Shown here in pieces: positions 27,916 through 37,468 of a DNA stretch of 64,000 nucleotides. Numbering within the stretch: the first letter of the stretch is position 1; each line of letters starts with the position of its first letter. The position numbers and the translations under genes were made by a program. The DNA is from Eubacteriales bacterium (GTDB taxonomy: Bacteria > Bacillota > Clostridia > Oscillospirales > CAG-272). Location of the stretch: assembly GCA_045612385.1 (NCBI GenBank), contig JAZKYZ010000023.1, forward strand, positions 9,766-73,765. The letters are read 5' to 3'. The notes under the pieces were generated by a model, which had not been told where the DNA came from, made no database searches, and was given only the letters and a program-made list of their open reading frames with translations.

Positions 27916-28857
27916 ATGATTTATCAAATAGAAGGAAAGGTCGTCAAAGGACTTGGTGGCCTTTACGAAATCCGTGCTACAAAAGATGGTAGCGTTTGCC
28001 ACTTTTCGTGTCGCGCCAAGGGCGTTTTACACCGTGATGAGGCGAAGGTGCTGGTGGGTGACAATGTGGAACTGAAGATTGATGATGCTATGCCGGATAG
28101 TGTCGTTATCAGCCGAATTCTTGAGAGGAAAAATGCCCTGATTCGTCCACCAATGGCGAACCTCGATATCCTCTTTATTGTGTTTGCGACGGCGAAGCCC
28201 TCTCCGGTGCTTGAAACAATAGATAAGCTTCTCGCCATTGCCGAGCATTCCTCCATTCGTCCGGTGCTTATCATTACGAAGGCAGATCTGGATATCGATA
28301 TGGCAAAAAAATATGCCGATATCTACACGCTCGCAGGATATCCTGTGTTCGTCACCTCCTCTAACAGTGGAGATGGCATTGATGCCGTAAAAGCCTTTGT
28401 CGAAAAGGAAATCACAGGGGGTGTTACCTCTGCCTTTGCAGGCGCTTCGGGCGTTGGAAAATCCACTTTATTAAATGCTCTGTTCCCAAATCTTGCCCTT
28501 GCGACAGCAGAAATTTCTCATAAAATCGAAAGAGGAAAGCACACCACACGTCACGTGGAACTTTACGAAATTACGTCGGACTCTCCCGACACGGGTTATC
28601 TTGCCGACACACCAGGCTTTTCCCTGATTGATTTTGAGAGATTCCACTTTTTCTCGTTGGATGAGTTGTTTTCCACCTTCCCCGATTTTGTACCATATAT
28701 CGGAAAGTGCCAGTATGCAGATTGCGCCCACGTGGGTGAGAGTGCAAGAGAATGCGCGATTGCTCGCGCCGTTGAGGAGGGAAGAATCGCCCCCTCGCGC
28801 CTTGCGTCCTATCGTGCAATTTATCGTGTCTTAAAATCCAAAAACGAATATAAATAA
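27916..28857 (+). CDS. rsgA: Ribosome small-subunit-dependent GTPase A
   Basis: N-terminal OB fold (GKVVKGLGGLYEI). Circularly permuted GTPase motifs TKADL ... GASGVGKSTLLN. C-terminal zinc motif CQYADCAHVGESARECA. Confidence 0.9.
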   Translation: MIYQIEGKVVKGLGGLYEIRATKDGSVCHFSCRAKGVLHRDEAKVLVGDNVELKIDDAMPDSVVISRILERKNALIRPPMANLDILFIVFATAKPSPVLETIDKLLAIAEHSSIRPVLIITKADLDIDMAKKYADIYTLAGYPVFVTSSNSGDGIDAVKAFVEKEITGGVTSAFAGASGVGKSTLLNALFPNLALATAEISHKIERGKHTTRHVELYEITSDSPDTGYLADTPGFSLIDFERFHFFSLDELFSTFPDFVPYIGKCQYADCAHVGESARECAIARAVEEGRIAPSRLASYRAIYRVLKSKNEYK

Positions 28858-28860
28858 ATT

Positions 28861-28892
28861 GAAGCCTCTCTTTATAGAGAGGCTCTTTTTTT
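28861..28892 (+). terminator. Terminator after rsgA
   Basis: agcctctc / gagaggct stem with a tttata loop, followed by T8. Confidence 0.75.
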
Positions 28893-28931
28893 GTGAAAAT
28901 TATGAAAAACTGTGAAATAGAAAAAATAGTA

Positions 28932-28960
28932 TTGACAACTTTTGTCCTTTATGGCATAAT
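28932..28960 (+). promoter_or_regulatory. Sigma-A type promoter for the small lipoprotein gene
   Basis: TTGACA, 17 nt, CATAAT. Confidence 0.5.
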
Positions 28961-29006
28961 ATAAATACGGACATACCCCGTACAATCAATTAAAGGAGAA
29001 ATACAA

Positions 29007-29360
29007 ATGAAAAAAATTATTTCGCTCATTCTTGCACTCACTCTCGTGCTTGGTATGGTATTTACTCTCGCTTCTTGTGGCAAAATGCTTTCTGGTAAGT
29101 ACCAATCTGGCATTACTACCTATGACTTCGCTGGTAACAAAGTAACTGTTACCTATGAAATTCTTGGTTTCCAGAAGTCTATTGAAGGTACTTATAAGAT
29201 TGCTGAAACTGATGAAGGAAAAATGACCATCACCTTCACCTTTGAAGGCGCTGAAGAAGGTTCTGATGAATATGCGGGCGAATTCGCATTTGCTGAAGGA
29301 ACTGAAAATGGCGAGGATTACATCAAGATTGGTTTGCTTAAATATACTAAAGTAAAATAA
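29007..29360 (+). CDS. Small hypothetical lipoprotein
   Basis: MKKIISLILALTLVLGMVFTLASC (lipobox LASC). AAAGGAGA RBS. It has its own promoter and terminator. Confidence 0.65.
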   Translation: MKKIISLILALTLVLGMVFTLASCGKMLSGKYQSGITTYDFAGNKVTVTYEILGFQKSIEGTYKIAETDEGKMTITFTFEGAEEGSDEYAGEFAFAEGTENGEDYIKIGLLKYTKVK

Positions 29361-29369
29361 GATTTTTAC

Positions 29370-29407
29370 AAAAAAAAGCGTTGTGATTTTCACAACGCTT
29401 TTTCTTT
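29370..29407. terminator. Bidirectional terminator
   Basis: A8, then agcgttgtg / cacaacgct, then a T-rich run. It lies between convergent stops at 29360 (+) and 29408 (-). Confidence 0.75.
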
Positions 29408-30817
29408 TTATTCTTCTGTATTCTCTCCACTTTCGCTTTTGATTTTCTTCTTAAAGATTTGTCTACGGAAAAGGACAAGATTCAAAATTACAAAATAAGC
29501 CAAAATAATCCCAAGTGTGCCGAGTGGCATCTTCGGCGCTAAGGTCGCAATAATCATCATTGGGAAGCCGAGCAAAATCGCAGGGAAATTCTGATAGACA
29601 AGGTTGTTTTGCGCAGGTGTTTTAAAATCGGGGTCAATTTCACGAAGGAGCATTACGCCTGTGCTCGCCGTACCGGTCAGCATACCGTACATTACAAGGA
29701 ATTGTTCCTCACTATATTCGGGGAAGAACTTGCGCGCGATATACAGATTATAGAAATAGGTGGCGAAAGCGCCGACAACACCGAGAAGGAGAACTACCCA
29801 CCAGGTGTCTGCGAGAAGGTCAAGACGAATCGCCGCAATGCCTGCGACAATCATCAAATCGAAGAAGAAGGACGAAAGACGGTTCATCAGAAAGTCGTTG
29901 GTATATTGCTTGTGCATAATCTTGGTTTTACGCAGACCACGAATAAAGAGCTTGCCAATGGTCGCGCCAAGAACACCAAACAGGAAGTTAAAGCCATAGA
30001 TAATCGACTTAAGACCCGAAGCGAGCTCGCCGAGCGCAAACATCAAAAGGTAGGAAAGACCGTATGTAACAAGAACAACGGCGATCTGAATGGTCATTTT
30101 ATCCATTGAACTGTTCATAGGAATTTCGTCAATGCCTTGAATTTCGTGCTCGAAAATCTGTACGCTTACCTCACTGTCGACTCTCTTGAAGCCGTGACGT
30201 CTTTTTAAAATATTCAAGTGGATAACTCCACCCAGCGCTGCGCTGATAAAGCCGAGCGCCGCGACGGATAGACCGAAGGAACGACCACCGACGAAACCAT
30301 ATTCCGTTTCGTAGATGTTACCATAGTTCATTGCCTGTCCCGTACCCTGTCCGTAACCGAAGGGAAGGATAATACCGGAGGCAGGAAAGATATTCGTTAG
30401 GACATAGGAAAAGCCAATGGTGATTGCAAGACCGATTACACCCTGTAAAAGGTAGGTAGAAACGGTTGTTACGCCAGTGTCAATCGAGGAGGTTATCTCC
30501 TTTTTTGTCATTTTGCGATTGGAAGTAAAGGTCGTGGCAATAAAACCAAGAGCCAGTGCGTGATAGGTAATCGCCTCCATTGTAGCAATGCCGTTGCCAC
30601 CAAAGAGGGCAGTATCAAAAAATCTATCTCCCGCAATCGCCTCATAAACCACCGAGATGAGAAGAAGAATAATACCACCGAGTACGGAGGTAGGAATCAG
30701 GGATGCACGAAGGAAATAAATTTTTCTTTTGAGTGTGTTTGCCAGTAGCATACTGCCGAGAAGCAAAGCGCAAAGGAAAATAAACCCCCATACATTAGAT
30801 GCCGAGAAATCTGTCAT
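29408..30817 (-). CDS. Sodium/glutamate symporter (GltS/ESS)-like membrane transporter
   Basis: A 469-aa polytopic membrane protein. The N-terminus (FIFLCALLLGSMLLANTLKRKIYFLRASLIPTSVLGGIILL) resembles the GltS family. Family assignment is from memory only. Confidence 0.55.
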   Translation of the reverse strand: MTDFSASNVWGFIFLCALLLGSMLLANTLKRKIYFLRASLIPTSVLGGIILLLISVVYEAIAGDRFFDTALFGGNGIATMEAITYHALALGFIATTFTSNRKMTKKEITSSIDTGVTTVSTYLLQGVIGLAITIGFSYVLTNIFPASGIILPFGYGQGTGQAMNYGNIYETEYGFVGGRSFGLSVAALGFISAALGGVIHLNILKRRHGFKRVDSEVSVQIFEHEIQGIDEIPMNSSMDKMTIQIAVVLVTYGLSYLLMFALGELASGLKSIIYGFNFLFGVLGATIGKLFIRGLRKTKIMHKQYTNDFLMNRLSSFFFDLMIVAGIAAIRLDLLADTWWVVLLLGVVGAFATYFYNLYIARKFFPEYSEEQFLVMYGMLTGTASTGVMLLREIDPDFKTPAQNNLVYQNFPAILLGFPMMIIATLAPKMPLGTLGIILAYFVILNLVLFRRQIFKKKIKSESGENTEE

Positions 30818-32060
30818 AATGGCCTCCTTTGATAGATATGTAGTTGTAGTAAAGATTCATATATTCGAGAAGTGGGAAACGGTCGTCCCCCTTGATTTGG
30901 TAGAGTTTTTCTTTGGTTGTAAAGTTCACCTTTTTCTTGCCAAGACACGTCACCGACTTGATTTCGTCAAAGAGGAACACTTGCTCCCCTTCCTCTGTTT
31001 GAATCTCATATCGGTCGCCATACAGTTTGATTTTTGCCTTTTTTGACAATAAACGTTTACATTTATATGGTTCTATCTCAAAAAGCGAGATGTCTGCCGT
31101 GTGTATTGGCGTTTCAATAAGTGTGCTTGTATCGTGAGAAAGCAGATATTCGTTTTGGTAGTCGTACCAGCCTGCCGTATCCGAGAAGGGAAGTGGTGCG
31201 CTCTCTGTCGAAAGGGAAAGGTCCTCGCCGAGAGTAATTATCTTCTGGCACCTCTGGCAGACCACCTCTGCCCCACGTGAGCGAAAGGTACTGATGCCAC
31301 ATTCGGGACAAATGTAGAATGCACGCTCCATACATTCTGCTCGTTTCTTGGAGCGAAAGCGCTTGCCGGAAGCACAATCGTTGACAGAAAGTTCCTGTTC
31401 GATTAGGGCGAAGAGTTCCTCGTCCGTCATTTGCTTGATTTCCTCTACCGAGATCACACGACTGACATAAGCGTCAATGCGTCCACGTCTCGTCCTCTTT
31501 CCCCAGCGAGGCTCTACGCCATAGCCACCTTCAATACGAAGAAGCGCCACTGGAATTTTCAAAGCGCGCGCAAGAGAAGCGACCGAGTTTTTCATTGTAA
31601 CGGTTTTTCCGTCAAAGGTACGATTCCCTTCGGGGGAGATGCCGATTGAGCCACCCTCTCGCACGACACGGATGCAGTTCATTACGCAACTGACATCACT
31701 CGTCTGCTTCTTGATGGGAATGGGGTTGACAAGATATTTAATGAGCTTCGACACAAAGCCATTGGTAAAGATATCCTCGCTCGCCACATAGTATGGCATA
31801 ATCTTTGGGTAAAGGACAAGTCCCATAAAGAACTGGTCGAATGCCGTCTGGTGATTGGCTAAAACAAGATATTGCTTTTCTGTCGGATGGAATTTTTTAT
31901 AATGAAGCCCGTATTTCAGCCTCGTGAATACTGCCATAAAAGGGCAGATGATATGTTGAATGATTCTATGACGGAGTCGTATCCATTTTTGTCGTTTTTT
32001 CTTTTTTTCTTTCACAAAACAGCCCTCTTTAGTTTCTCTTTGGGGTATGTATTTCCACAC
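30795..32060 (-). CDS. Lysophospholipid (PlsC-like) acyltransferase with a C-terminal zinc-ribbon extension
   Basis: Acyltransferase blocks NHQTAFD (HX4D) and SPEGNRT. The C-terminal ~190 aa contains CPECG...CQRCQ. Its stop overlaps the downstream transporter start by 23 nt. Confidence 0.7.
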   Translation of the reverse strand: MWKYIPQRETKEGCFVKEKKKKRQKWIRLRHRIIQHIICPFMAVFTRLKYGLHYKKFHPTEKQYLVLANHQTAFDQFFMGLVLYPKIMPYYVASEDIFTNGFVSKLIKYLVNPIPIKKQTSDVSCVMNCIRVVREGGSIGISPEGNRTFDGKTVTMKNSVASLARALKIPVALLRIEGGYGVEPRWGKRTRRGRIDAYVSRVISVEEIKQMTDEELFALIEQELSVNDCASGKRFRSKKRAECMERAFYICPECGISTFRSRGAEVVCQRCQKIITLGEDLSLSTESAPLPFSDTAGWYDYQNEYLLSHDTSTLIETPIHTADISLFEIEPYKCKRLLSKKAKIKLYGDRYEIQTEEGEQVFLFDEIKSVTCLGKKKVNFTTKEKLYQIKGDDRFPLLEYMNLYYNYISIKGGHYDRFLGI

Positions 32061-32194
32061 CCATCCATTTTACATTATAACACAAGCTCAAAGAAAAATC
32101 AAGTTATGATTTGGTAAAAACTGTCACAGAATTGTGACAACTTTTCTTTCATTTTGTAAAAATAAGAAAAAAGAAAAAAACTTCTCGTCATCTC

Positions 32195-32223
32195 TTGACA
32201 AAGATAGTTAAAAATGATATAAT
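32195..32223 (+). promoter_or_regulatory. Consensus sigma-A promoter of the pur operon
   Basis: TTGACA, 17 nt, TATAAT, with a TGa extended -10. Confidence 0.7.
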
Positions 32224-32249
32224 TTGTGCGTGAGCAATTTTTGCTCCAA

Positions 32250-32336
32250 AACTTCTGCAACTGACGGATGAGTGGAAGCCGACGTGGCAAAACCACAAGG
32301 GAACAGAGGTTTCATATATGCCGACCGTCTGGGCTT
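32250..32336 (+). promoter_or_regulatory. ZTP (pfl-motif) riboswitch aptamer
   Basis: Blocks resemble the pfl/ZTP consensus. The 5' part is CAACUGACGG...GUGG..(loop)..CCACAAGGGAAC. After a linker, the 3' part is CCGACCGUCUGGGC (consensus ...CCGCCUGGGC). GACGG/CCGUC could be a compensatory pair relative to consensus GGCGG/CCGCC. It sits between the promoter and purE. Confidence 0.6.
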
Positions 32337-32379
32337 ACCGTCTTAGTGATTAGGATAGGTGCGCCCTTTTTTGTTTTTT
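32331..32379 (+). terminator. Riboswitch expression-platform terminator
   Basis: An imperfect long hairpin gggcttaccgtcttag...ttaggataggtgcgccc followed by TTTTTTGTTTTTT. Its 5' arm overlaps the conserved CUGGGC of the aptamer. Confidence 0.55.
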
Positions 32380-32412
32380 ACTCAACGCTTTGAATATAGA
32401 AAGGAAAAATCA

Positions 32413-32907
32413 ATGAAAAAAGTAGGTATCTTAATGGGAAGTGATTCCGACCTTCCTGTCATTCGTAAGGCAACAGCCGTTCTGGAGGAATTCGGCGTTC
32501 CTTATGAAGTTCACGTTTACTCTGCGCATCGCACGCCTGTGGAGGCCGCTGACTTTGCTCAAAATGCCGCATCCTGTGGCTTTGGTGTTCTGATTTGTGC
32601 GGCTGGTATGGCAGCGCACCTTGCCGGTGTGGTTGCTTCCAAAACCATTCTTCCGGTCATTGGTATTCCCTGTAAGGGCGCGAATCTGGATGGACTGGAT
32701 GCCCTCCTTTCTACCGTAATGATGCCTTCGGGCATTCCTGTGGCGACTGTCGCTGTGGATGGAGGCGCGAACGCGGCTCTGCTCGCGTGTCAGATGCTCG
32801 CTCTGTCGGATGCGTCCCTCGCTCTGGCTCTTACACAAAAGCGAGAGAGAGATCGACTGACGGTATTGGAAAAGAACAAAAAAGTAGAACTTGAATTTAA
32901 CAAATAA
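32413..32907 (+). CDS. purE: 5-(carboxyamino)imidazole ribonucleotide mutase
   Basis: [22 protein letters not shown] and GMAAHLAG motifs. The start at 32413 lies downstream of the terminator. Confidence 0.9.
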   Translation: MKKVGILMGSDSDLPVIRKATAVLEEFGVPYEVHVYSAHRTPVEAADFAQNAASCGFGVLICAAGMAAHLAGVVASKTILPVIGIPCKGANLDGLDALLSTVMMPSGIPVATVAVDGGANAALLACQMLALSDASLALALTQKRERDRLTVLEKNKKVELEFNK

Positions 32908-32936
32908 AATACAAATATAACGAGGAGAACAAAAAA

Positions 32937-33617
32937 ATGAAACTTGTTTACACAGGAAAAACCAAAGATGTTTACGCTCTTGAAAATGGCAACTATCTTC
33001 TGAAATTCAAAGACGATTGCACTGGAAAAGACGGTGTGTTTGATCCAGGCGAAAACAGTGTAGGTCTTACCATTGAGGGCGTTGGTGACGTCAATTTGCG
33101 TATGTCGATTTATTTCTTTGAAAAGGTCAATGCTGCTGGTATCAAGACTCACTATATCAGTGCCGACCTTGCAAAAACCACTATGGAAGTTCTCCCTGCG
33201 AAGCCTTTTGGCAAGGGACTGGAAGTCATCTGCCGTCATAAGGCAGTCGGCTCCTTCTATCGTCGTTACAGCGACTATGTTACACTCGGTCAGGATCTTC
33301 CCGCCTATGTGGAAATGACCTTTAAAAATGATGAAAAGGGCGATCCATTGGTAACCAAAGAGGGTCTGGTATGTCTTGGTGTTATGACAGAAAAGCAGTA
33401 TGATGATGTCGCAGAAATGACAAGAAAAATCACACAGATTGTCGCAGATGATCTTCTTGAAAAGGGTCTTGTTCTCTATGATATCAAGTTTGAATTCGGC
33501 TACGACCAAAACGGTGACGTTATGCTGATCGACGAGATTGCATCAGGCAATATGCGTGTTTACAAAAACGGTGAATACATTGATCCTATGACCCTCTCCA
33601 CCCTTTTCTTTGCATAA
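32937..33617 (+). CDS. purC: SAICAR synthetase
   Basis: [14 protein letters not shown]-terminus, ~226 aa, and its position in the pur operon. Confidence 0.85.
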   Translation: MKLVYTGKTKDVYALENGNYLLKFKDDCTGKDGVFDPGENSVGLTIEGVGDVNLRMSIYFFEKVNAAGIKTHYISADLAKTTMEVLPAKPFGKGLEVICRHKAVGSFYRRYSDYVTLGQDLPAYVEMTFKNDEKGDPLVTKEGLVCLGVMTEKQYDDVAEMTRKITQIVADDLLEKGLVLYDIKFEFGYDQNGDVMLIDEIASGNMRVYKNGEYIDPMTLSTLFFA

Positions 33618-33628
33618 AGGAGCGTCAG

Positions 33629-35050
33629 ATGGGTGGATTTTTTGGAGCAACCCTGCGCCACGACGCCATTATGGACGTGTTCTTTGGCGTTGACTATCAT
33701 TCCCATTTAGGAAATCGTCGCGCAGGTATGGCCGCCATCAATGAGGAAGTGGGTTTTCAGCGCGAGATTCACAGCATTGAAAACTCTCCCTTCCGTACGA
33801 AATTTGAAAAAATATTTGAAGAAATGTCGGGCAATAGCGCGATTGGCTGTATCAGTGATAGTGAGCCCCAGCCTCTCCTGATGCGTTCCCGACTTGGTAC
33901 CTACGCCATCTGTATGGTGGGTATCATCAATAACGCCGATCAAATCATTCGTGAATGCCTGCCCGACGGCGTGCATTTTAACGCAATGACAGGTGGTCGG
34001 GTCAACGCTGTGGAACTGCTCTCGGCGCTTATCAACTGTAAAAGCTCCTTTGTCGAGGGAATTTCCTATGCGCAGAGCGTGATTCAGGGTACGGTGAACG
34101 TCTTGATTTTATGCGAGGATGGCTCTTTGCTTTGCGCTCGTGACAAAATGGGAAGAATTCCCGTTCTTCTCGGCAAATGCGAGGATGGCTACTGTGTCAC
34201 CTTTGAATCCTTCGCCTACGAAAAACTTGGATATACGAAAGCCTATGAGCTTGGACCGGGTGAGATTGTGTCGGTCCGACAGGATGGTTTTTCTGTGCTA
34301 AAAGAGCGTGGGGAAGAGATGCGTATCTGTGCCTTCCTCTGGTCTTACTACGGTTATCCCACCTCCTGTTATGAAGGCGTCAATGTCGAAACAATGCGTT
34401 ATCGCAATGGTGAGATTATGGCAGAAAATGACCAGAAGAGTGGCTTCTCCTCTCCTTTGGATTGTGTCGCTGGCATTCCCGATTCGGGTACCCCTCACGC
34501 CATTGGTTATGCCAATCGCTCTCGCACGCCGTTCGCTCGTCCCTTTATTAAGTACACCCCGACCTGGCCCCGTAGTTTTATCGGCGCCAAAACGGCAGAC
34601 CGTAAGCGTGTCGCCAAGATGAAGATGGTCCCTGTCAAAGAACTCATAGCAGGGAAAGATCTTCTTTTTGTAGACGATTCTATTGTGCGTGGCACACAGC
34701 TCAAGGAAACTGTCGATTTCCTTTATGACAATGGAGCAAGGAGCGTACATATGCGTTCTGCTTGCCCCCCAATTATGCACTCCTGTAAATTCTTAAACTT
34801 CACTCGTTCGACAAATGAGATGGATCTGATTGCTCGTCGCGCAGTGATGGAATTGGAAGGAGAGGAGGGCTTCCTCCACTTAGATGAATACAGTGATGGA
34901 ATGACCGAGCGTGGCAAACGTCTGCGTGTCGCCATTGCCGAAAAATTTCATTTTGCTACCCTTGATTTTCAGTCGCTTGACGGAGTGATTCGCGCGATTG
35001 GAATTGACCCCTGTAAACTTTGCACCTATTGCTGGAATGGAAAGGAATAA
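33629..35050 (+). CDS. purF: Amidophosphoribosyltransferase homologue lacking the N-terminal Cys nucleophile
   Basis: PRPP-binding motif LLFVDDSIVRGTQ. The Ntn-like N-domain is recognisable but begins MGGFFG rather than MCG. It occupies the canonical purF slot between purC and purM. Confidence 0.75.
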   Translation: MGGFFGATLRHDAIMDVFFGVDYHSHLGNRRAGMAAINEEVGFQREIHSIENSPFRTKFEKIFEEMSGNSAIGCISDSEPQPLLMRSRLGTYAICMVGIINNADQIIRECLPDGVHFNAMTGGRVNAVELLSALINCKSSFVEGISYAQSVIQGTVNVLILCEDGSLLCARDKMGRIPVLLGKCEDGYCVTFESFAYEKLGYTKAYELGPGEIVSVRQDGFSVLKERGEEMRICAFLWSYYGYPTSCYEGVNVETMRYRNGEIMAENDQKSGFSSPLDCVAGIPDSGTPHAIGYANRSRTPFARPFIKYTPTWPRSFIGAKTADRKRVAKMKMVPVKELIAGKDLLFVDDSIVRGTQLKETVDFLYDNGARSVHMRSACPPIMHSCKFLNFTRSTNEMDLIARRAVMELEGEEGFLHLDEYSDGMTERGKRLRVAIAEKFHFATLDFQSLDGVIRAIGIDPCKLCTYCWNGKE

Positions 35051-35053
35051 TAT

Positions 35054-36097
35054 ATGAATACAGAATCCAGATCAGATAGCTACGCTCTTGCTGGCGTTGA
35101 TATTACCGCAGGCTACAAAGCCGTTGAATTGATGAAAACACATATCGCTCGCACAATGCTTCACGGAGATGCTTCAGACATCGGAGGCTTTGGCGGTCTG
35201 TTTGCTCTCGACCTCACAGGTTACCAGAATCCCATTCTTGTTTCTGGTACAGATGGTGTCGGCACTAAACTCAAACTCGCCTTCCTCTTGGACAAGCACG
35301 ATACCGTAGGTATCGACTGCGTCGCAATGTGTGTGAACGACGTAATTTGTTGTGGCGCAAAGCCCCTCTTTTTCCTCGATTATATCGCTTGTGGAAAGAA
35401 CTTCCCTGAAAAGATTGCCGATATCGTTGGTGGTATCGCAGAGGGCTGCGTACAGTCGGGATGTGAGCTGATCGGTGGCGAAACTGCCGAGATGCCAGGT
35501 TTTTACCCCATTGACGAATATGACCTTGCCGGCTTCGCTGTCGGTATTGTAGATCGCAGTCAGGTGATTGACAAAACCTCGATGAAGGAAGGGGATGTGA
35601 TGATTGCCATTCCTTCCTCTGGCGTACATTCCAACGGCTTTTCACTTGTACGTCGCGTGTTTGATGTCGAAAACTGTGACCTTCGCGCACCCCTTGAGGA
35701 ACTCGGTGGTAAATCGCTTGGCGAAACCCTCCTCACCCCCACGAAAATCTATGTTAAGCCAATGCTTGCTCTGATGGAGCAGGTGAAGGTAAAGGGCATT
35801 TCCCATATTACCGGTGGTGGCTTCTATGAAAATATGCCTCGCTCCATTCCTGACGGACTGGGCGTTAAAATCAAGAAGGCAGATGTTCGCATTCTTCCTA
35901 TCTTCAAACTTCTCCAGAAGGTCGGTAATATTTCCGAGCACGATATGTTCAACACCTTTAATATGGGTGTGGGTATGTCCGTCGTTGTGGCGAAAGAGGA
36001 TGTCGAAGCGACCCTTCGTATTCTGCGCGACAATGGCGAGGATGCCTATGTCATTGGCGAGATTATCGCTGGCGATAAGAAGGTAATCATAGAATGA
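35054..36097 (+). CDS. purM: AIR synthetase
   Basis: [18 protein letters not shown] and GGETAEMPG motifs. Confidence 0.9.
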   Translation: MNTESRSDSYALAGVDITAGYKAVELMKTHIARTMLHGDASDIGGFGGLFALDLTGYQNPILVSGTDGVGTKLKLAFLLDKHDTVGIDCVAMCVNDVICCGAKPLFFLDYIACGKNFPEKIADIVGGIAEGCVQSGCELIGGETAEMPGFYPIDEYDLAGFAVGIVDRSQVIDKTSMKEGDVMIAIPSSGVHSNGFSLVRRVFDVENCDLRAPLEELGGKSLGETLLTPTKIYVKPMLALMEQVKVKGISHITGGGFYENMPRSIPDGLGVKIKKADVRILPIFKLLQKVGNISEHDMFNTFNMGVGMSVVVAKEDVEATLRILRDNGEDAYVIGEIIAGDKKVIIE

Positions 36098-36717
36098 GAG
36101 CGCCATTAAGAGTTGCCGTTTTGGTTTCAGGTGGTGGCACGAATCTGCAAGCCCTGATAGATGCAGAGCGTTCTGGAAAAATCAAGAGTGGCACACTCTC
36201 TCTCGTTATCTCAAATAAAGAGGGAGCGTTTGCGCTTGAGCGTGCGAAAAACGCAGGAATTCCGACCGAAACGGTATTAAAGAAAGCGATTGGAAGCGCC
36301 GAAGGCTTTGAGGCGAAAATCCACTCTCTTTTAGAGGAATACAGAATTGATATCATTGTCCTGGCTGGCTTTATGTGTATTCTTTCCGAAAACTTCACCT
36401 CGCGTTATGAAAAAAGAATTCTCAATGTTCACCCCTCCCTCATTCCGTCCTTCTGTGGTGCTGGCTATTATGGACTCCGTGTCCACGAGGCGGCGCTCGC
36501 CTATGGCGTGAAGGTGACGGGAGCGACGGTCCATTTCGTAAACGAGGTGCCGGACGGTGGCGAGATTATTTTACAGAAGGCGGTATCGGTCCGAGAGGGA
36601 GATACCCCTGAACTTCTGCAAGCGCGTGTGATGCGTGAGGCAGAATGGAAGATTCTTCCTCGTGCGCTGGAGATGGTATGTAAACAGACCTCTCCCTTAT
36701 ATTCCCCTTTATATTGA
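36094..36717 (+). CDS. purN: GAR formyltransferase
   Basis: [17 protein letters not shown] and [12 protein letters not shown] motifs. The start overlaps the purM stop. Confidence 0.9.
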   Translation: MRAPLRVAVLVSGGGTNLQALIDAERSGKIKSGTLSLVISNKEGAFALERAKNAGIPTETVLKKAIGSAEGFEAKIHSLLEEYRIDIIVLAGFMCILSENFTSRYEKRILNVHPSLIPSFCGAGYYGLRVHEAALAYGVKVTGATVHFVNEVPDGGEIILQKAVSVREGDTPELLQARVMREAEWKILPRALEMVCKQTSPLYSPLY

Positions 36718-36736
36718 TTTAAATGGAAGGTAAACT

Positions 36737-37456
36737 ATGAATATTTACGCAGTACCGAATATCAGCGAGCGTCTGCTTGGAAATCCCTATGTAGGACGTG
36801 GAATTGTCATTGGAAAAAGTGAATGTGGAAAGTATGCCGTCAGCGCCTATTTTATTATGGGTCGTTCAGAAAATAGCAGAAATCGCATTTTTACCCTTCG
36901 TGAGGATGCGCTTTACACCGAGCCTTATGATGTGAGCCGTGTAGAGGACCCCTCTTTGATTATTTATCGCGCGCTCTGCCGTCTGGATTCTCACCTGATT
37001 GTTACCAACGGTGACCAGACCGATACGATTTATGACGGAATGAAGGAAGGAAAGACCTTCTCCGAGTCCCTCCTTTGCCGTGAGTTTGAGCCGGATGCAC
37101 CGAATCTCACCCCTCGTATCAGTGGTATTCTCCACTTTGGTGAAGGGGACTTTACCTATGAGATGAGCATTCTCAAGAGCGCTGATGCTTTGGGAACGGC
37201 GTGCAATCGTTACACCTTCTCCTATCCTGCGCTTGCTGGTCTTGGACACTTCATTCACACCTATGTGACTGACGGTAATCCCATTCCTACTTTTCAGGGC
37301 GAGCCCGAGCGCGTAAAAATCCCCTCCGATATTGATGAGTTTACCAATACCATCTGGTCGACTCTGGATGAAAACAATAAGATTTCCCTCTATGTGCTTT
37401 ATACAAATTTACAAGACGGATCCACCGAATACCGTCTGATCAACAAAAATGTCTGA
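36737..37456 (+). CDS. IMP cyclohydrolase, PurO-like (archaeal type)
   Basis: A 239-aa protein immediately upstream of an AICARFT-only gene. NPYVGRGIVIG...FIMGRSENSRNR resembles the PurO/IMP_cyclohyd family (from memory). Confidence 0.6.
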   Translation: MNIYAVPNISERLLGNPYVGRGIVIGKSECGKYAVSAYFIMGRSENSRNRIFTLREDALYTEPYDVSRVEDPSLIIYRALCRLDSHLIVTNGDQTDTIYDGMKEGKTFSESLLCREFEPDAPNLTPRISGILHFGEGDFTYEMSILKSADALGTACNRYTFSYPALAGLGHFIHTYVTDGNPIPTFQGEPERVKIPSDIDEFTNTIWSTLDENNKISLYVLYTNLQDGSTEYRLINKNV

Positions 37457-37468
37457 AAGGATATAGAA

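Noticed and set aside
32224-32412. A purine (guanine/adenine) riboswitch as the pur-operon leader.
   Set aside because: The leader lacks the purine-riboswitch core (UAUAAUCGCG…CUACCGGGCACCGUAAAUGUCCGACUAUG-like junctions). It matches the ZTP/pfl blocks instead (…ACUGACGG…GUGG/CCAC…GGGAAC… and CCGUCUGGGC).
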